64,000 nt of DNA from Macrostomum lignano (Eukaryota), in NCBI GenBank assembly GCA_002269645.1, contig NIVC01000716.1, forward strand, positions 331,426-395,425. Reading direction: 5' to 3'. Shown in pieces: positions 19,464 through 34,003 of this stretch (position 1 is its first letter; each line of letters begins with the position of its first letter). Both the position numbers and the translations under genes were made by a program. The notes beneath the pieces are model-generated. The model searched no databases. It was not told where the DNA came from and was given only the letters and a program-made list of their open reading frames with translations.

Positions 19464-21400
19464 GCCGCTCTATTACCTCCTAAAGAAAGGGGTTCAGTGG
19501 AAATGGACTGTCGTTCACTCAAGTGCGTTCTCCCAACTGAAAGCTGCTGAAACGGAAGGTCGAATCGTTTCTTATGATATAAAAAGGCCGTTGTTTCTAA
19601 CCTGCGACGCTTCTCAGAGTGGAGTCGGATTTGTGCTGTCCCACGACACGAACCAAAAAGAATTTGTATGGCTGGGAAGCAGAGTTTTGACCAAGGCTGA
19701 GGCCAACTACGCCAACATTGAGCGGGAGGCTCTTGCAATTATCGAGGGTGTAAAATATTTTCATCAATTTCTGGCAGGCCGTCATTTTACAATCATCTCT
19801 GATCACAGACCTTTGCAGTACATCTTCTCTACAACGAAAGTTCCTGACCGAGTTTCTGCGAGACTCCAGAGATGGGCATTGCTGCTCAGATCCTATGACT
19901 ACACTGTCACTTATTCAAAAGGAGACACCATGCTCGCAGCAGATACTCTGTCCAGAATTCCTTCAACAAACGCTTCTACTTCGTTTTCAAATTTTGATGT
20001 CAATCTGCTAGAGGTAAACTCTCTCGTAGAATTTTCTTCTTCTGGGACAATTCTTCGGCGTGTCGCCAACACCAGAGACCCTGAAATTGATACTATCAAG
20101 AAGTTTGTTACTCAAGGTTGGCCAAGCTACATTTCTAAACAGCTGCTTCCGTACACCAAATCCAAGGCGGAATACTCCATTCAAAACGGGATTCTGTTCA
20201 AAGGGATCCGAATCGTGCCTCCAAAGTCCATGCGCAGAGAAATTCTTCAAATTCTTCACGAGAATCATCCGGGCATTGTGCGCATGATCAGACTAGCTCG
20301 AGAGTACTTCTGGTGGCCTTACATTGACGCCCAGATCAATAGCTTCGTTCAAAGGTGTCCTTCCTGCCAACTAAATTCGAGAAAGCGAACAAATGCAAAT
20401 CTGCATTCATGGGAAGATGCAAAGTTCTTCTTCGAACGTGTTCATCTGGACATAGCATATTTCAAGGAGAAACACTTCTTGGTTCTCATCGACTCCTTCT
20501 CTCGGTGGATTGATGTACATCAGCTGTCCAATCTCACAGCCAACTCTCTTATTCCAGCATGCAGACGAACATTTAAGTACATGGGACTTCCAACGTGCAT
20601 TGTGACTGACAATGGAACCAATTTTCGATCAAAAGAGTTCGCAGAATTTCTCAAGAAGAATCTAATTAACCATGTCCTAACACCACCTGGTCATCACCAG
20701 TCAAATGGGATTGTGAAGAGAGCTATCCAAGAGTTGAAAGTGACTCTGAAGCAGAACAGTAATGACATAGGTTCCGAATGTGAGAAGGTGTTGATATCAT
20801 TCTGCCTTTCGAAGAACACTACACCGAATTCCGAAGGAGCGATTACTGCTGCACAACTGTTTATGCAACGCCCAAGAACGCGCCTCACTGCAACCTTTAC
20901 AGAATGGGACAAACCGCTAACTACCCCAATTCCTGTCTACATCAACGTAGAAGGAAAGTCAGACAAGGTCCCAGAAGAAATCCAAGGACTTCATGGATCA
21001 AATACCTACTTGGACAGCAAAGGACGGGTTGTCCATGCATCTGATGCAACGCCAAGGACTACAGAGAACTCACAAGAGATTACCTCGCCTGGACCTGCCA
21101 ATGTTGGCAGCAGCAATGATAAGGAAATGGAAACTACGACTCCTGCTGAAGTGGAGACAACCAGCGATCAAAGTCCCGAGTACCAAGTTTCTCGTCGAAG
21201 TCAGAGGCTCCGAAAAGCCACTGATCGGCTGACCTATTCCTGATTTATTTGATCGTTAGACAAAATAGAAAACAGTCATTTATTTCTCTCCAGGTTAATT
21301 GCTAAAATGTGGGGGTGTTGTGTATGAACTTAAGTTCTATGGTTTATGGGTGAAGCCTTATTCATATTTTAAGTATAGCAGCTAGCTACTTCGCTGCGAA
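19464..21400 (+). mobile_element. Gypsy A, 5'-truncated: RNase H and integrase, then PPT and start of 3' LTR at 21316
   Basis: LTCDASQSGVG, YANIEREALA, DHRPL, HxxHPG...CxxC, RVHLD, TDNG and SNG motifs; ggggg|tgttgtg after the ORF. The right boundary is approximate. Confidence 0.85.
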
Positions 21401-21625
21401 AAATATACGCGCTGCATGCATCTGCGATCTCTTCCTAACTCGGCATCTTGCATTCGTCTTCGTTACTACGAAAAGTACAACAGACGGCAAAAACAGGGTG
21501 ATTCCTATTAGCATGAAAGGGAAAGAAGACGTTACGAACAATGCAACAAGCAGGAAAATTGAACAACTCATCAGAAAAATTGCAAAAATCAGACAAAGAC
21601 TAATTCTCTAACAAAAGTTTGCAAA

Positions 21626-24600
21626 CTAACCTGACGATATTGGACACAACTTTGACATTGGTCTCGTCATTGTGCGATCACCGACTCTGATTGTGGCGAC
21701 TCTCACGTGCCCGTCAGGACCGCGCATGACGTCCAGCACGCGAGCCAGCGGCCAGTGACCCCGAGGCGAGTCCGGGCTCACCAGCAGCGCCACGTCTCCA
21801 GGTTGTAGGTCAGGCAGCTCGCGGCGCCAATTGCTCCGCGGTGCGAGTCCCGGCAGCCACTCGTGCCACCACCGGCGCCAGATCTGCGACACCAGCTGCT
21901 GAACGTGACGCCATCTTCTTGAAGGACTGCGGGCGATGGCAGCGTCGACCTTCGGTGCAAACTTCCCGCCGACTTGCCCGATGAGGAAGTGATTCGGCGT
22001 CAGCGGCACATCATCAGCCGGATGCGCTGTCTGGTACGTCAGCGGCCTTGAATTAAGAAGTGCCTCCCCTCCAGCAAACGCGCTTAGCAGCTCCTCATCG
22101 GTGACGTCCGTCTCCCTCAGAATTGACCAGATTGACTGCCAAAGCTCCTGCATCAGAATCTTCGCCTGCACGACAAACGGGGAGATCAATCCAAGTGGAT
22201 CAAAGACACTCGCTAGCTTTGTCAGCAAACTCCTTCTTGTGGTCACCTGATACGACTCGTTTTCGTCTTTAAAAGTAAATTCGTCCTGCTCACTCTGCCA
22301 CGTGATACCCAGTGTCTTGGTGCTTGGTAGTTCTTTGCTGTCCACATTAACTTCTGCTGCACGGTCTTCAGGTGGGATTCTATCGAGCACAGCTCTCGAG
22401 TTCGAGACCCACTTGCGCGCGTGCATGCCGGCGCGCCTCAAGAGCTCACTGAGTTGATCGTACAGCCTGCAGGCGGCTGCCTCGGTGGGCGCAGAGTCCA
22501 GGCTGTCATCCATATAGGTAGAGTGCAGTACTGTCTCGGCCGCCTCTGGAAGATCACCTTTTAACTTTTCAGCATGGCAGCGGGTAACGAGCTGTGCCAA
22601 GAAAGGAGAACTGGTGACGCCGAACACCACTCTGTTGAACTCGTAGACATCCGGCTGCTTTGAAGGATCGGCGTCCCGCCAAAGGAAACTGTGCAGCGGC
22701 CTGTCCTTCGGGTCCATCTCAATTTGGAGATACATTTCCGCTACATCGCATGCGATCGCAATCCGGTGTCGGCGGAACCGAAGCAGCACGTCAACCAAAT
22801 CCCTCTGCAGTTTGGGGACCTGGAGGATCTGGTCGTTCAATCTGGCAGCCGATGCATCAAAGACTATCCGCACTTTTGTTGTAGCCTTGTCTGGCCGCAG
22901 CACTGGGAAGAAGTGCGGCAGGAAACAGCGGCCTTCAGTCTCAGCTTGCGACACTTTTCGGATATAACCTTGCTGTTCATACTTTTTAAGAATCTCCTGA
23001 TACTGCTTGCCAACGTGCATATCCTTAATCAGCCGCTGTTCGGTGTTCTTTAGTCGCTTCAAGGCCATTGAGAAAGTGCCTGCTAGAGCCAGCCGATCCT
23101 TTTTCCATGGAATCCCGATCTGGTAACGGCCCTTCGTGTACTTTAGCGACGACTTGGCTTGCTGGACGGCTCTCTCCTCATCAGCGGTCAGCGGACTTCG
23201 ATTGGCACCTTCTGAGACGTTCTCGATCTCCCAAAACTGCCGCAGGATCTTAGCTACCTGACCAGATTCGGAATCACAGCTGAAGAAAGTGGCAGCGAAA
23301 TGGGCGTTCTGCATCTCAGAATTGTCCTGCTCTGTGCCACCGATGCACGTCCAACCCAGGGGAGTCAGGCGCGCCTTTGGCTCCAGCGGCTGTCCGACGA
23401 TTTCCTTGAGAGATACGTGAAGGTCCGGTTGATCAGCACAAATCAGCAAGTCCACTACTGCAGGCTCACACAGCTTCGGAAACGGCACATTTCTCAGATG
23501 AGGCCACTGCTGCGCTTCTTCGTGCCAGTCGACGCCTTTGAGGGACCCGGTCACGTGATCAGCGGTGAAGGCGCCGATCATTGAGCTGGTCTGACCATCC
23601 AGACTTTCCAAGCTAAAGCAGACTGGGGCTGTCATGAAGGTCTCTGTTTGGCCATTGATGACTCCGACTTTCACCTTTTCGAGCGCTCCATGCACTCCAA
23701 GCGCTTCTGCTATCCCGATGTTGACGTAGCTCCTGGTACTGGCATCGTCGAGCAAGGCGTTCACCTTCAGCTTCCGGGACCCGTTCCGTAAGACTACAGG
23801 CACAGTTCGTAACGAGATTGCCATTTCACCAGCCGACAGAAGCGTCACCGGTCCAGTCTTTCCTGAACTAGAAGCGGATTTAGCGTCCTTGGATGCAGTC
23901 TGCTTCGCTTCACCAGACTTGGCCAACGCTTTTTCTGCATGAAGCAAGCGATGGTGGAACTTTATGCAGCTGTTGATGCCGCACCGACGACCGCGCCGAC
24001 ATTGGCTGCCAAGATGTCCTTAGCCCAAGCACCGGAAACAACAAACACTTCGCGCTCTGCGCCGCGTCCCAGCGTTTTTCCACCGGAAGCTCCTTGAACT
24101 CACTGCAGGACCACAGCTCGTGATCACCTTGACAAACAATGCAAATCTTTCGCTGTACCTTCTTGTCACTGTCCGTAGTAACGAAAGTCTTTGGTCGCTG
24201 CTCTCGCTTTTGACGCTCCTGCTGCATGGTGGCAACGCCCTGCACAATCTCTGACGCTTCAGTCTGAAACTCTGCTTCTTGCAGCACCCAAATTCTCAGA
24301 TTTCTAACACTCTCCGGCTTCCGCTGCTCAAAGATCCACCTCCGGTAGCTGGCAACCATCTGCTCAGGCAACTTTTTCTGCAGCCTCACATACAACATCC
24401 CATCTTGAAGCTCTGCCTCTTTACCCGCATCCTCAAGGTTAACGACAGCCACATCCAGTAGATTAGCAAAGCTTTTCAGATCCTTGGCGTTTCCATTTCG
24501 CACGATCAGGAAGCTGTCCAGCTCTTCCAAGTGCAGAGCAAGTTGCCTACGCTGTCCACCAAATTCTCTCTCTAGTCTCTCTTTTGCAGCCTCATATGCA

Positions 24601-25400
24601 GCAGCGGAGTGTCCTAGATGTTCTATGACCTTTAAAGCTTCATCGCTGAGGTACTGCCTAAGCTGCAGCAACTTGAATTCTGGTGTTGCAGGGGCGCTGT
24701 CGATGCACGCAACAAAGGCTGCCTTCCAGTTTTCATACTTCTGCTTTTCTCCACTAAACGTTGGGATTTCAACACGCTTCAGCATCTTCCACAAATCTTT
24801 TGAAAGCTCCTTCGGGTTGGATCCTTTGCTGGACGCAGCACTGCCAGAAAGTTTGTCTAACTCACCAGCTGCTTCTTCTTGGTCACCCGCAGCGTTCTCA
24901 CCGCTTGAACTCGCGGCAGGAGGGGCTTCTTGGGCGCGCTGCAATCCCCGGTTTCTGGAACTTTCGACGCGCTGAATGGCAGCTTGGTAGTCGCGCTCAG
25001 TCTCCTCCATCTCTTCTAGTAGGCGCTGTCGCCTCTCGCTGTCCTTGGCGTCGGCGTAGCCTTGATGCAGTTCTTCCTGGGTGGCGCTGACCAGGTCCTG
25101 CAGGTCGGATAGAGCATCGCAGGTAGCTTGCACTTCGTCATCAGAGGCGCGCGTCTTTAGCAGCCAAGACAGCTTGTTTTTGCAACGAGTGAACGCTGCT
25201 TTTTTTCGGGATTTCTCGAAGCGCAGCTTCTCTAAACGCAGCGCGCCGGCATCGTCTTGGGCTCGTTCATTGGCGTCGTCACTGTCCATCTTGGTCCTTC
25301 GTTTCACAGTAGGATTCTATTGCTTGCCACGTCAGTGGTAATTTAGGCTTGTCCAACCACGCTCTGCTACCAAAATGTACTGTAGAAATGAAAAGACCGA
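21626..25400 (-). mobile_element. BEL/Pao LTR retrotransposon with internal deletion
   Basis: Gag 23910-25307 (IPTFSGE...W.AF, CxxC..H), protease LLDDAS, RT YMDD, integrase C-terminus NSRPL/GPDG. PBS TGGTAGCAGAGC (tRNA-iMet-like) at 25361-25372; 5' LTR begins at 25376, its far boundary not defined. Confidence 0.88.
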
Positions 25401-26214
25401 TGGTCCGCCAAACTATTTTGGAGCTGAGGCTCAAGCGAGACGCTAACAAAACGAAAAGCGTAAACCGTACACAGGGCTAATAAGCTCTCTCGATGATATA
25501 TATATTGCAGTCAGTCAGAATCAGCCAGCGTGGAGGGGGGTGGGTGAGATGGGCCTGGGCTAAATCAGCGTACATAGAAAATTGAATAATAAACACGTAC
25601 GTACATTAAATCACGCAGTGGAATTGGAAAGAAAATCAAGCTACTAATCTACCTCCCAAACAATATATATTCTGTGAATATTCATGAAAATATTTTTCCA
25701 TGGGTATTTATTTACGCAGAGGGTCGATTGAGCATTCTGGTGTATTCCATGGTACAAAACCTGTCTTCATGTCTTCGATCGGCAGATTGCACTCGGTTTT
25801 CGACTGCTGAAGCCAACTGTTAAACACCAACAGCCCACTTGCTTCACTTAAGAGTATCCGGCGACTTCGAGCTCTTAATTGTTTAGATCTCGAATGTCGT
25901 CTAAGTTTCCGCGGATTTCTCGTAGTTGTTACTTAGCATTTGGTTTACACTGATCTAGTCCTTTTCGAAAAATTTCTTCCACATCTTCTACCGAAAGTCT
26001 CCAACATAATCTCCAGCAAAGTCTCTACTGAAGTCAGCTAGTACGTGGGTCTAACGTGTAGCTTTCTTCCTATTTTCCTTACGTTCGTATTAATAAGCTT
26101 ATATCTTTGCTTCAAGATCAGTCACTGCATCGAAAGAGCAGTTGCACAGTGAAATAAACCGTTTATTTGCACCGATGCAAATAAATGAAATTTACACTGA
26201 GACCATAGACGTTC

Positions 26215-26362
26215 GCCCGGGGCAAGTGGGGGATACTTTTCTGGAGATTATGGTGGCAGTTGTCTATGTTTTTAAGCTTTTAATTTATTTGCACTAGTGC
26301 AATAAATTATTTATTTCACTTTGCATCGATGCAAATAAATGCCCGGGGCAAGTGGGGGATAC
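26215..26362. repeat. Two direct copies of gcccggggcaagtgggggatac with AT-rich palindromic flanks; probable DNA transposon end remnants
   Basis: Copies at 26215-26236 and 26341-26362. Confidence 0.45.
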
Positions 26363-28549
26363 ATATAAAAGCTAAACGTAGTCAAGCAGACATTGGCAAA
26401 AGAAAGGCCGAAGGTATTACGGCGAATATTCAGGGCATTAAGCCCAGTGTTTCAGTACAAACTTGTAACAGTGGCGTCGCAAGCACTCCGGATTTAAATG
26501 AAGAGCAGCGAGCACCAGCAATCGGCAGCAGCAAAGTCTGCGGGCTCACCGTGTCTCAAGCATGCCAAGGTTGTGATAGAAGCGCCAGCTCATCAACAAC
26601 AGGCAAAACTGGCAGCATCGCCGTCTCGCCAGCAGGCCAAAGTGGTCTTGGGAGCAGATGCAGAAGCCACAAGTCAACCGACGAGGAGTGCAAATGGACC
26701 AACGCGCCCCATGGCAAGTGCCATGGAAATCGAGCGCTTGGAGGTAGGAAGCAACTTCTCCAGATGGTTCGACAGATTTTCAATCGTTGCGCAGTTCTAT
26801 GCATGGGATGCGACAGCGATGGCCCAGATGCTTTTGATGCGTCTTTCCACGGCCCTGTATGACTCACTGGCCCACCAGGCCTCGCCCAAGAAGCCTAGTG
26901 AACTGTCATTCACAGAAATAGAGCAGAGTCTGCGTGGTATCTTGGTTCCAGCCACATTCGTCTTGCCGGAAAGATATTCTTTCCAGCAGTGCTCTCGGAA
27001 GTCTGGGGAGGACGTTCGCGCACACAGAAAGAGTCCTAAAGGCTGCCGAGAAGTGCCAATTCAAGGATAAAGATGAACGGCTAAGAGACCAGTTCATCTG
27101 CGGACTGGCTGACCAAAATATGATCGGCAAGCTGCTGGTTAAGGACCATCTCGAGCTCAGCTTCAAGGATGCAGTTTCTGAGGCCGAGGCACTTTCAGCA
27201 CTCATATCTACAGATATTATGAAAAGCGCGCCGAGATCCGAGAGAGCCGCGGTCATGAAAATAGGGATGTTCAAGCCCAAGTCCAGATCGCAGCCCAAAG
27301 GAGCAAACAGGCAGCAGTCACAAAGCCAAAGTCCAGCGTGTTTGCGCTGCGGAACTATCCATGGAAAGGAATCGTATCCAGCCTACGGAAAGACGTGCCG
27401 TAAGTGTGGAAAGCAAAATCATTTCCAGAAAATGTGCCGTTTAAAAAGTAATGTCACCAGCCAAAAAAGGAATGCTTCGGTTCAACACCTAAGCGAGCAG
27501 TCAGACACTGTCTTCATGATTGGAGCAGTTTCAAAAGAAGCTGTCTCTCAGGATGCCATTACAGTGACACTGGATTTCTTGTCATCAAATGACAAAACAT
27601 CAATTCCATGCCAAGTGGACACCGGGGCAGCAGTGTCTGTCATGTCAGATCGAGTCTGGAGGCAAATCGGTAGTCCAGAACTGCAGCCTAGTGGCATCAA
27701 ACTAACGGGATACACGGATGCGCATCAGTTCAAAATTTTGGGCCATTTCATCGGCAAAGTTAGCTATCAAGGAAAAGTGCATCGATTACCTTTTAAAGTT
27801 GTTCGATCTGATCGCTTGTTCGCACTACTCGGTAGGATGTTTTAACCATAGAGATTGACTTCGTGAAGGCATGTGCAAGCGATGTGGCCAATGGCAATGC
27901 CGAGTTTCAAGCGAGGCTACAACTCATTCCGGATGCACAGCCTAAATATATCAAGGCGCGGCCCATACCGTTTGCTTACAAGGATCGCTTAAAGGAGGAG
28001 ATTGACAACTACAAGCAGATGGAATCATTGAGCCTGTGACTTTTTCTCAGTGGGCATCACCAATAGTTACCGTCTCCAAGGCTGATGGCAGGCTAAGACT
28101 CTGTGTGGATTACAAGCAACGTTAAACCCACAGTTAATGAAGGATAGTCACCCCACACCGACTCCTGAAGAGGCTTTTAGTACAGTGGCAGGATGCCGGC
28201 TTTACACGATATTGGATTTGAAAGCCGCGTACAATCAAGTTGAACTTGATGAGGATTCCAAACCTCTCACTGTCATGTCTACGCCCTTTGGGAATTATCA
28301 GTACAACCGTCTGGTGCTTGGGATTCGGACAGCTCCAAGCATATTCCAACGCTACATCAGCCATGTAATCCAGGGTATTGAAGGTTCAATTGCCTACGTT
28401 AATGATATTCTGATTGGTGGTGAATCAGAATAGCAACTTAAATATCGCGAGGATCAAGTGAGAGAACGTCTTGAGCAGCATGGCCTTAAGGTTAACGAAG
28501 AGAAATGCCGGATTTGTCAGTCTCGTGTGCGTTTCTTAGAGTTTATCTT

Positions 28550-28894
28550 TTTTTTAGAGGCAGGAGGGTTGTGTGCACCCTGGCGCACTTTAAGCGACAT
28601 AGGCACACAACTGGCGAGAGGCATTACTGCCCATTCCGCCGACTCCCCTGAGCAGGCATACAAGCGCGCGGATACGTACGCAGGCACACGCTCACACAGG
28701 AGTGTACAGCGGCCCTAACTTTATATTATCGTTAGGCATGTACACTTCACTGCGCCTTGGGGGGTTGGCTCTCAAGGCCGTTAATTGCACGAGCAGAGCC
28801 AAGCCAAGATTCCAATTCAGCCTTAAATTAATGTGACTGCACTTAGAATCGAGCCTGGGTCGCTGGCACACCAGAGCAGCTGCGCTACCGCTGG
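28550..28894 (-). mobile_element. tRNA-derived SINE, 345 bp
   Basis: 11-bp TSD gagtttatctt (28539-28549 and 28895-28905), poly(A) tail on the minus strand, and A-box-like (cggtagcgc) and B-box-like (ggctcgattc) head. Confidence 0.8.
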
Positions 28895-29023
28895 GAGTTT
28901 ATCTTGGACAGTGGCTTGATTCGACCGGATCCTAAGAAAGTGAGAGCTCTTCGAGAGATGGAAGTCCCAGAGTCGATGGCAGAACTGGAATCATTCATTG
29001 GGCTCGTCCGGTTTAGTGGACGA

Positions 29024-32000
29024 TGTAAAGACTGCGATAGTGAAGGCGGTAGTGTGAGCGCGAAACGAAAGGCTTAAGGCCCCATATGGCCGTGGGCCCA
29101 ATATATATATATTTGTTAGGCGACAGTGAACGATGCGTACATTCATGAACATGTACATTGCTACGCTATTGATGCTATTGATTAGGACAGAGCGGGCGAG
29201 AGAGAGACAGAGCGCTGGCAACAGGCACCGCCCTGCTAGGCTAATTCAACTAGGTGGAAATAGCACTTCTCCCAAAGCAGAAAGAAACAAAGAGGGGATA
29301 AAAGCTCGAATGACAGTCATCGAAGTACTCGTACAATAGTTCCAATCCTTAATCAGCCCCAACCCCAAATCAGTCCTTGTAGCTGATTGGCTTGTCTTTG
29401 GCCGCGCGGGGATGCGGCCGCTGGGCAATGCCGCATTCTGGCGGCGTCGGTTCCGCGTTCGCCGCAGCGCCCTCTGCCGCCACCAGCAGGCGGATGTGCG
29501 TCAGGTGTCGAGTGCAGGTGCGGTCGCCCTGTTGTAGCACGTAGGAGTCACCCCGACTGTCCACGACGGTCCAGGGCTCGACCTCGAAGGGTGTCTGAGT
29601 CTTTGTTCGCTGATTCCGCCTCCGTAGCACCGCAGTACCCGGCCTCACGCTGCAGGCCTTGGCCCTCCCGGAACGGTTGAAGTCCCTGGCCATCGCTCTG
29701 GTGTAGGCCGAGTGTCGCTGGGTCAGCTGTGTGCGATGATGGTACACGGGCTGCGAGGGGCGCGCCGACGGGACGGTGTCGTTGAAGGTCCGGCCCATTA
29801 GCAATTCGGCCGGCGCGACTCCGGTTGCCGAATGAGGAGTGACGCGGTATGCGAGGAGCCAGTCGTCTAGGGCACTGCGCCAGCTGCGGCCTTCGGCGAT
29901 GGCCGCCCTGACGACCTTGTTGACGCATCGGTTGACGCGCTCGGTCGCTCCGTTGGCCTCCGGGTGCAGCACAGATGCGGCGGTGCTTGACGCCGTGCTC
30001 AGCGAGAAAGTTGTGGAACTCTGCAGAGTTGAAGGGTGGGCCGTTGTCGCTGATGATTTTTTGTGGGATGCCGTACCTGCTAAAGAGAGTTTTCAGGTGT
30101 GGCAGCACAGCCTCTGCGGAGGTCGAACTGACGATGTTGATCTCTGGAAACTGTGAGTAAAGGTCTGTTGTCAATAGCAGCATTTTGTCCTGCACCGGAC
30201 CGTAGAAGTCCATGCCGAGGACGAGTCAGGCTCCGTCGGGGAGCTGCGAGGGCTCAAGAGTTGGCGGATTGGTCGTTTTAGGCGACGTTGCTTGGCAGGC
30301 GAGGCAGCTTTGCACGAAGACCTGGCAGTCGCCCCTCATGCCTGGCCACCACACCTTCGTTTGAAGCCGGTCTAGAGTTTTCCGCCAGCACTGATGGCCT
30401 TTGTGCGCCAGCTGGAGTACTACTCGCCGAAGATTCGCTGGCACGATGATCGAAGAACTGCGAAGCAGAACGCCGTCGTGGGCCGACAGTTCTTGCCGGA
30501 TGCAGGCAAGTGCACGGAGCTCATGGTCGTTGCTGGTCCACTGGTTGGTCTGTAGTGCCGAGATGGCTGCCTGAGTGACACCGTCGAGTCTGGCCGCCTG
30601 CTTGATTGACTCGAAGCTGAGACCTTGTGGCGTCGATCCGAGGGCGATGGCGTTGATGAACTGCCGATCGAGCACTTCGCCGGGTTTGTCGGTTGTCTGC
30701 ATTTGCGGCTGCCTGCTGAGCACGTCGGCTGGGTTTTGCGGCCCGGGCTGGTAGATGATGTTGAAGCTGAGGTGCTGCACTCTCAGTGCCATACGCTCGA
30801 TTCTGGGCGGCGGCCGAGACCCCGGCTGGAAGAGTGGTACCAGCGGGCGGTGGTCTGTCACGATGGTGAACCTTGGGCAGTCGCTGAGGTAGTGCTCGAA
30901 TCGGAGGCAGCCAAACTTCACAGCAAGTGCCTCCCGCTCTATCTGAGCATACCGTTGCTCGACGGCCGTCAGCGATCTGCTTGCGAAGGCGATAGGTCTG
31001 CGGACTCCTCTCTTGTCCGTCTGGCTCAGGATAGCGCCAAGGCCGACCGGCGAGGCGTCCACGTGCACCTCCGTCTCCATGTTGACGTCGAAGAAGGCCA
31101 GAATGTTTTCTGAACAAATGGCGGTCCTAGTTTGTTTGAAGGCTTCTTGCTGCTTGTCCGTCCAGCTCCAGACGTGGCCCTTCTTGAGCAGCTCTCGCAT
31201 CGGTTGAGTCAGATCGGAGAAGTTAGGAATGAACCTTGACAGGTAGGTTGCCAGCCCAAGGAATGAGCGTAGCTCCGATGTGTTCGTGGGCTCCTTGAAG
31301 GCCTTGAGCGCCTTTATTTTCTCCTCTGTTGGCTGGACGCCGCTGGCGCTGATGCGCATTCCGAGAAATTCGATGGAAGGTTGGGCGAGACGGCACTTAT
31401 CGGGGTTAAGGGTGATCCCGTGGTCTCTGAGGCGCTGGAGGCACGCCTTCAAACGGCTGTTGTGTTCGGCCATGTTGCGCCCGAAGATCGTGATATCGTT
31501 GTGGGCCCGCCTGACACCATTTAGGCCGCTGAGGACTCCCGTCATGACTCTCTGCAGCACCTCCGACGCGTTGGTGAAACCCATGCTGAGCCTGGTGAGT
31601 CGCATGAGGCCCAGCGGGGTGCTGAAGGTGAAGAGGTGGCGGGACTCCGGGCTCACGGGGATCTGGTGAAAGGCTTTCGTGATGTCTAACTCGCTAAATA
31701 CGGTCGAGCCCGCCATGTCGTCAGTGATTTCCTCGAAGGTCGGGATCGGCTGCTTTTCCGGCACGGCAAAAGAGTTTACATTGCGAAGATCCTGGCAAAT
31801 GCGAATGCCGCCAGACTCCTTTGGCACGACAACCATCCGGGAGACCCACGGTGAAGGCCCATGCACGCGCTCGATGATGCCTTCATCTAGCAGGAGCTGT
31901 AGCTCGTCGATGACGGCCTGTCGCTGGTGGACGGGTATCCTGGACGGTGGATGGCACACTGGCACGGCTTCGGGGCGCAGCCGAACGTCGACCTCAACGT

Positions 32001-33643
32001 CCTTGACCCGGCCAAGGCCTTCAAAAACTGGCTGGAACTCGCGAAGTAACCGTAAGTCCGGTTGTAGGTCGTTGTCCAGATTTTGATCGTGTTTGGCGAG
32101 TAGCTTCTTCAATGTCGAGGATTCGGCGCTGTCACGAGGTTTCACAGCGTTGATCTGTCGGGCCGGCTGCTGGATGTGTAGGATTCCAATGTCGAAGGCG
32201 GTGTTGCGCCCAAGCAGAGTGATGCCACTGCCCTTGGTGATGAAGAACGGGGCTTGTAGCTCATCTGAGTTGGTGCGGAGAGCTAGATCGGCAAGGCCAA
32301 GCACTTGCAGGGGTGTTGATGAGCCATAGCTGAAGATCTGCTGGGTGGCGCCACGCAGGGGAACGTGCTGTAGGTGTTGGAAGTTCTGCTCGCTCATGAC
32401 ATTGCAGCTCGCGCCGCTGTCGACCAGCACGTTGAATTCTTTCCCTTCGATCTGCAGGCGCATGTTGGCCGATCTCTGCCCTGACGACGCAGCCGGCGTC
32501 TGTATCGTGAATGCTTCTTCGGTGAGGTTGTCGGGCGAGACATAGATTGAGCTGCCGTCCGTGTTGTTTGCAACCACGTTGATGCTGGAAGAGTTCTGCT
32601 GCCGGCGTTGCCTGCAGGCCTTTGCGAGGTGTTTGGGCTTGCCGCATGACGAGCAGGTCTTCCCTTTCGCGGTGCCGCAGCTGCTGTGGCCGCGCTCTCC
32701 ACAGCGGTAGCAGGTGGTGTTGGAGGCGAATGTCGGCCTCTGGCCGTTTGGCTGTGGCTGGTCTCTGCGCTGGTTTGATGCCGACTTGTGAATGGCCGCG
32801 ATGCTGCTGCTGCTGCTCTCCATGGCTGTGGCCTGCTCTTCCGCGGCTTCTAGTGCGCGAGCCTGTCTGAGAGCATCGTTCAATGCGATGTTGCTCTCCT
32901 GGAGCAGTCGCCGTCTGAGCTTGTCGGAGCAGCAAGTTGCGACGATCTGGTCTCTAATGAGAGAATCCTTCAGGGTGGAGAACTCGCAGGCTTCAGCAGC
33001 TGCCTTTAGTCTAGCGTACCAGGCGTCCACTGGCTCTCCAGTCTGCTGCACGCAAAGTCTGAACTGGTAGCGGGCGAAGACGATACTCTTGCGTTTGTCA
33101 AAGTGTGCTGTAAGAGCGGCCAGCAAGTTGCTGAGGCTGTCTTTCTTGTCGTCCGGCAGGTCCTTGACGATTTGGGCGATCTCCCTGCCTGCCGTGTAGG
33201 ATAGCAGTTTGCACTTCTGAGTTTCGGCCGTAATTCCGGATGCGTCGATAAAGTCGCGGAAGCGATCGGCCCACACGGTCCACCGTTTAGAGATGTTTTG
33301 TTGATCAGTGTTTGTGCTGAATTGCTCAGGCGGTGGCAGGGAGATGAAATGCGCCATTGTGGCTAACCGAAGGGGTAAGCTCTGCTTGCGATGCCACTGT
33401 AAAGACTGCGATAGTGAAGGCGGCAGTGTGAGCCCGAAACGAAAGGCTTAAGGCCCCATATGGCCGTGGGCCCAATATATATATATATATTTGTTAGGCG
33501 ACAGTGAACGATGCGTACATTCATGAACATGTACATTGCTACGCTATTGATGCTATTGATTAGGACAGAGCGGGCGAGAGAGAGAGAGAGCGCTGGCAAC
33601 AGGCACCGCCCTGCTAGGCTAATTCAACTAGGTGGCAATAACA
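29024..33643 (-). mobile_element. Gypsy C, near full-length, 4620 bp
   Basis: LTRs 29024-29265 and 33398-33643 (TG...CA, near-identical), 5-bp TSD GACGA, and PBS tggcatcgcaagc. Confidence 0.95.
29370..33357 (-). CDS. Gypsy C gag-pol polyprotein (1043-aa ORF plus frameshifted integrase)
   Basis: Two CCHC knuckles, LVDSGAS, RT (AHND), VHVDAS, H-H-C-C, MDF/SDNG/NGATER. Frame breaks near 30220 and 29975. Confidence 0.88.
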
Positions 33644-34003
33644 GACGATTTGTGCCTAATCTTGCACACTACCTTGAACCGCTAACTAGATTAATGTGCA
33701 AAAGAAATGATTTTCAATGGGGATCTGAGCAAGATGAAGCATTCATGCGGATCAAGTCCATGCTGTCGGAAAATACGGCTCTGGCAAATTACGACCCGAA
33801 GAAACCTGTGACGTTGGAGTGTGACGCTTCCCAAAAAGGACTGGGCGGAGTTCTGATTCAAGACAACATGCCCGTTTTGTACATCAGCAAGAGACTGTCA
33901 GAAGCTGAGAAAAAATATTCTCAGATCGAGAGGGAGGCTCTAGCAACTATCTGGTCAACGCAAAGGGCCATCGGTTTCTTGCAGGGCGTCACTTCATTCT
34001 AAT

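Noticed and set aside
21400-21625. 3' LTR of the BEL element
   Set aside because: No match to the 5' LTR sequence starting at 25376 was found.
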